This document shows positions 63,809 through 64,000 of a stretch of 64,000 bases of DNA, piece after piece. Origin of the DNA: an uncultured Bacilli bacterium (lineage in GTDB: Bacteria; Bacillota_I; Bacilli_A; RFN20; CAG-826); the NCBI GenBank assembly GCA_934168325.1, contig CAKPNG010000003.1, forward strand, positions 918 through 64,917, written 5' to 3'. A program made the translations under genes and the position numbers. The notes below the pieces were generated by a model. It saw nothing but the letters and a program-made list of their open reading frames with translations, was not told where the DNA came from and made no database searches. How positions within the stretch are numbered: position 1 is the first letter of the stretch; every line of letters starts with the position of its first letter.

Positions 63809-64000
63809 TTAATAATTATTATCTAATAATAAATATATTCTAAATTCTGTACCAATTTTTCTAGTTTTAAGTTCAATATATCCATTAGCGTTATTTAATT
63901 GAGATTTAATTAAATATAGACCTAATCCTTCGTTATTATTTTTTTGTTCTTTATATGGTTCAAATATATGCTCAGGATTTTCAATTCCTTTTCCATCATC
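63809..64000 (-). CDS. Sensor histidine kinase, C-terminal HATPase_c fragment (5' part lies outside the window)
   Basis: The reverse strand reads DDGKGIENPEHIFEPYKEQKNNNEGLGLYLIKSQLNNANGYIELKTRKIGTEFRIYLLLDNNY*. It has G1 (DxGxG) and G2 (GLGL) boxes. The stop codon lies at 63809-63811. Confidence 0.6.
   Translation of the reverse strand, partial: DDGKGIENPEHIFEPYKEQKNNNEGLGLYLIKSQLNNANGYIELKTRKIGTEFRIYLLLDNNY

Noticed and set aside
1-64000. Search for CRISPR arrays, tRNA or rRNA genes, IS elements, prophage genes and toxin-antitoxin pairs
   Set aside because: I noticed no regularly spaced direct repeats, no cloverleaf-capable GC-rich segments in the few intergenic gaps, and no transposase, integrase or phage-like ORFs. 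Absence is based on reading, not on tools such as tRNAscan or Infernal.

Overview
The window is strongly AT-rich (by eye about 25-30 % G+C, not computed) and densely coding, almost all on the + strand. TAA, TAG and TGA all terminate long ORFs, so the code is standard (table 11). Secreted proteins are nearly all lipoproteins (signal peptide plus Cys lipobox) or membrane-anchored, and I saw no LPXTG motif. ABC components carry large charged insertions. Together with an [FeFe]-hydrogenase, this suggests a low-GC anaerobe of the Mollicutes/Erysipelotrichia type; that is inference only.

Content, in order:
1. The 3' end of an MsmX-type ATPase gene.
2. A roughly 22 kb single-strand glycan-utilisation operon. 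It holds three paralogous lipoproteins of unknown family, an SBP and two permeases, a GxDLY-SGNH esterase, a DUF4127-like protein, a ROK kinase, GH20-like, GH31, a Gfo/Idh/MocA oxidoreductase, NanE, an expanded MsmX-like ATPase, GH36 and an RDD-like membrane protein.
3. A divergent AraC regulator next to a surface module made of an SGNH esterase, a GDPD phosphodiesterase, an acyltransferase-like protein, a phosphodiester glycosidase and a second SGNH paralogue.
4. An orphan membrane protein.
5. An Mgl/Rbs-type monosaccharide ABC operon with a perfect cre in its promoter.
6. Two orphan genes.
7. A LacI-controlled second ABC locus. It holds an MsmX-like ATPase with a long C-terminal extension, LacI, two permeases, an SBP, a nucleoside-hydrolase-like protein, an 844-aa four-module surface protein, two propeller-like lipoproteins, YesL and ribokinase.
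8. Hemolysin-III.
9. A heterodimeric ABC exporter pair, one member interrupted by an in-frame TAA.
10. A trimeric HydABC-type [FeFe]-hydrogenase whose H-cluster L1 motif reads TSCSPGW.
11. A frameshifted AAA_14/DUF4143-type ATPase.
12. The 3' end of a histidine kinase on the - strand.

I recognised no rRNA, tRNA, CRISPR array, transposase or phage genes.

The best candidates for undescribed biology are:
- the AraC-linked esterase/GDPD/phosphodiester-glycosidase surface module (24143-31931);
- the LacI locus, whose only surface proteins belong to no family I recognise (39185-53273);
- the tandem lipoprotein triplet (808-5613).
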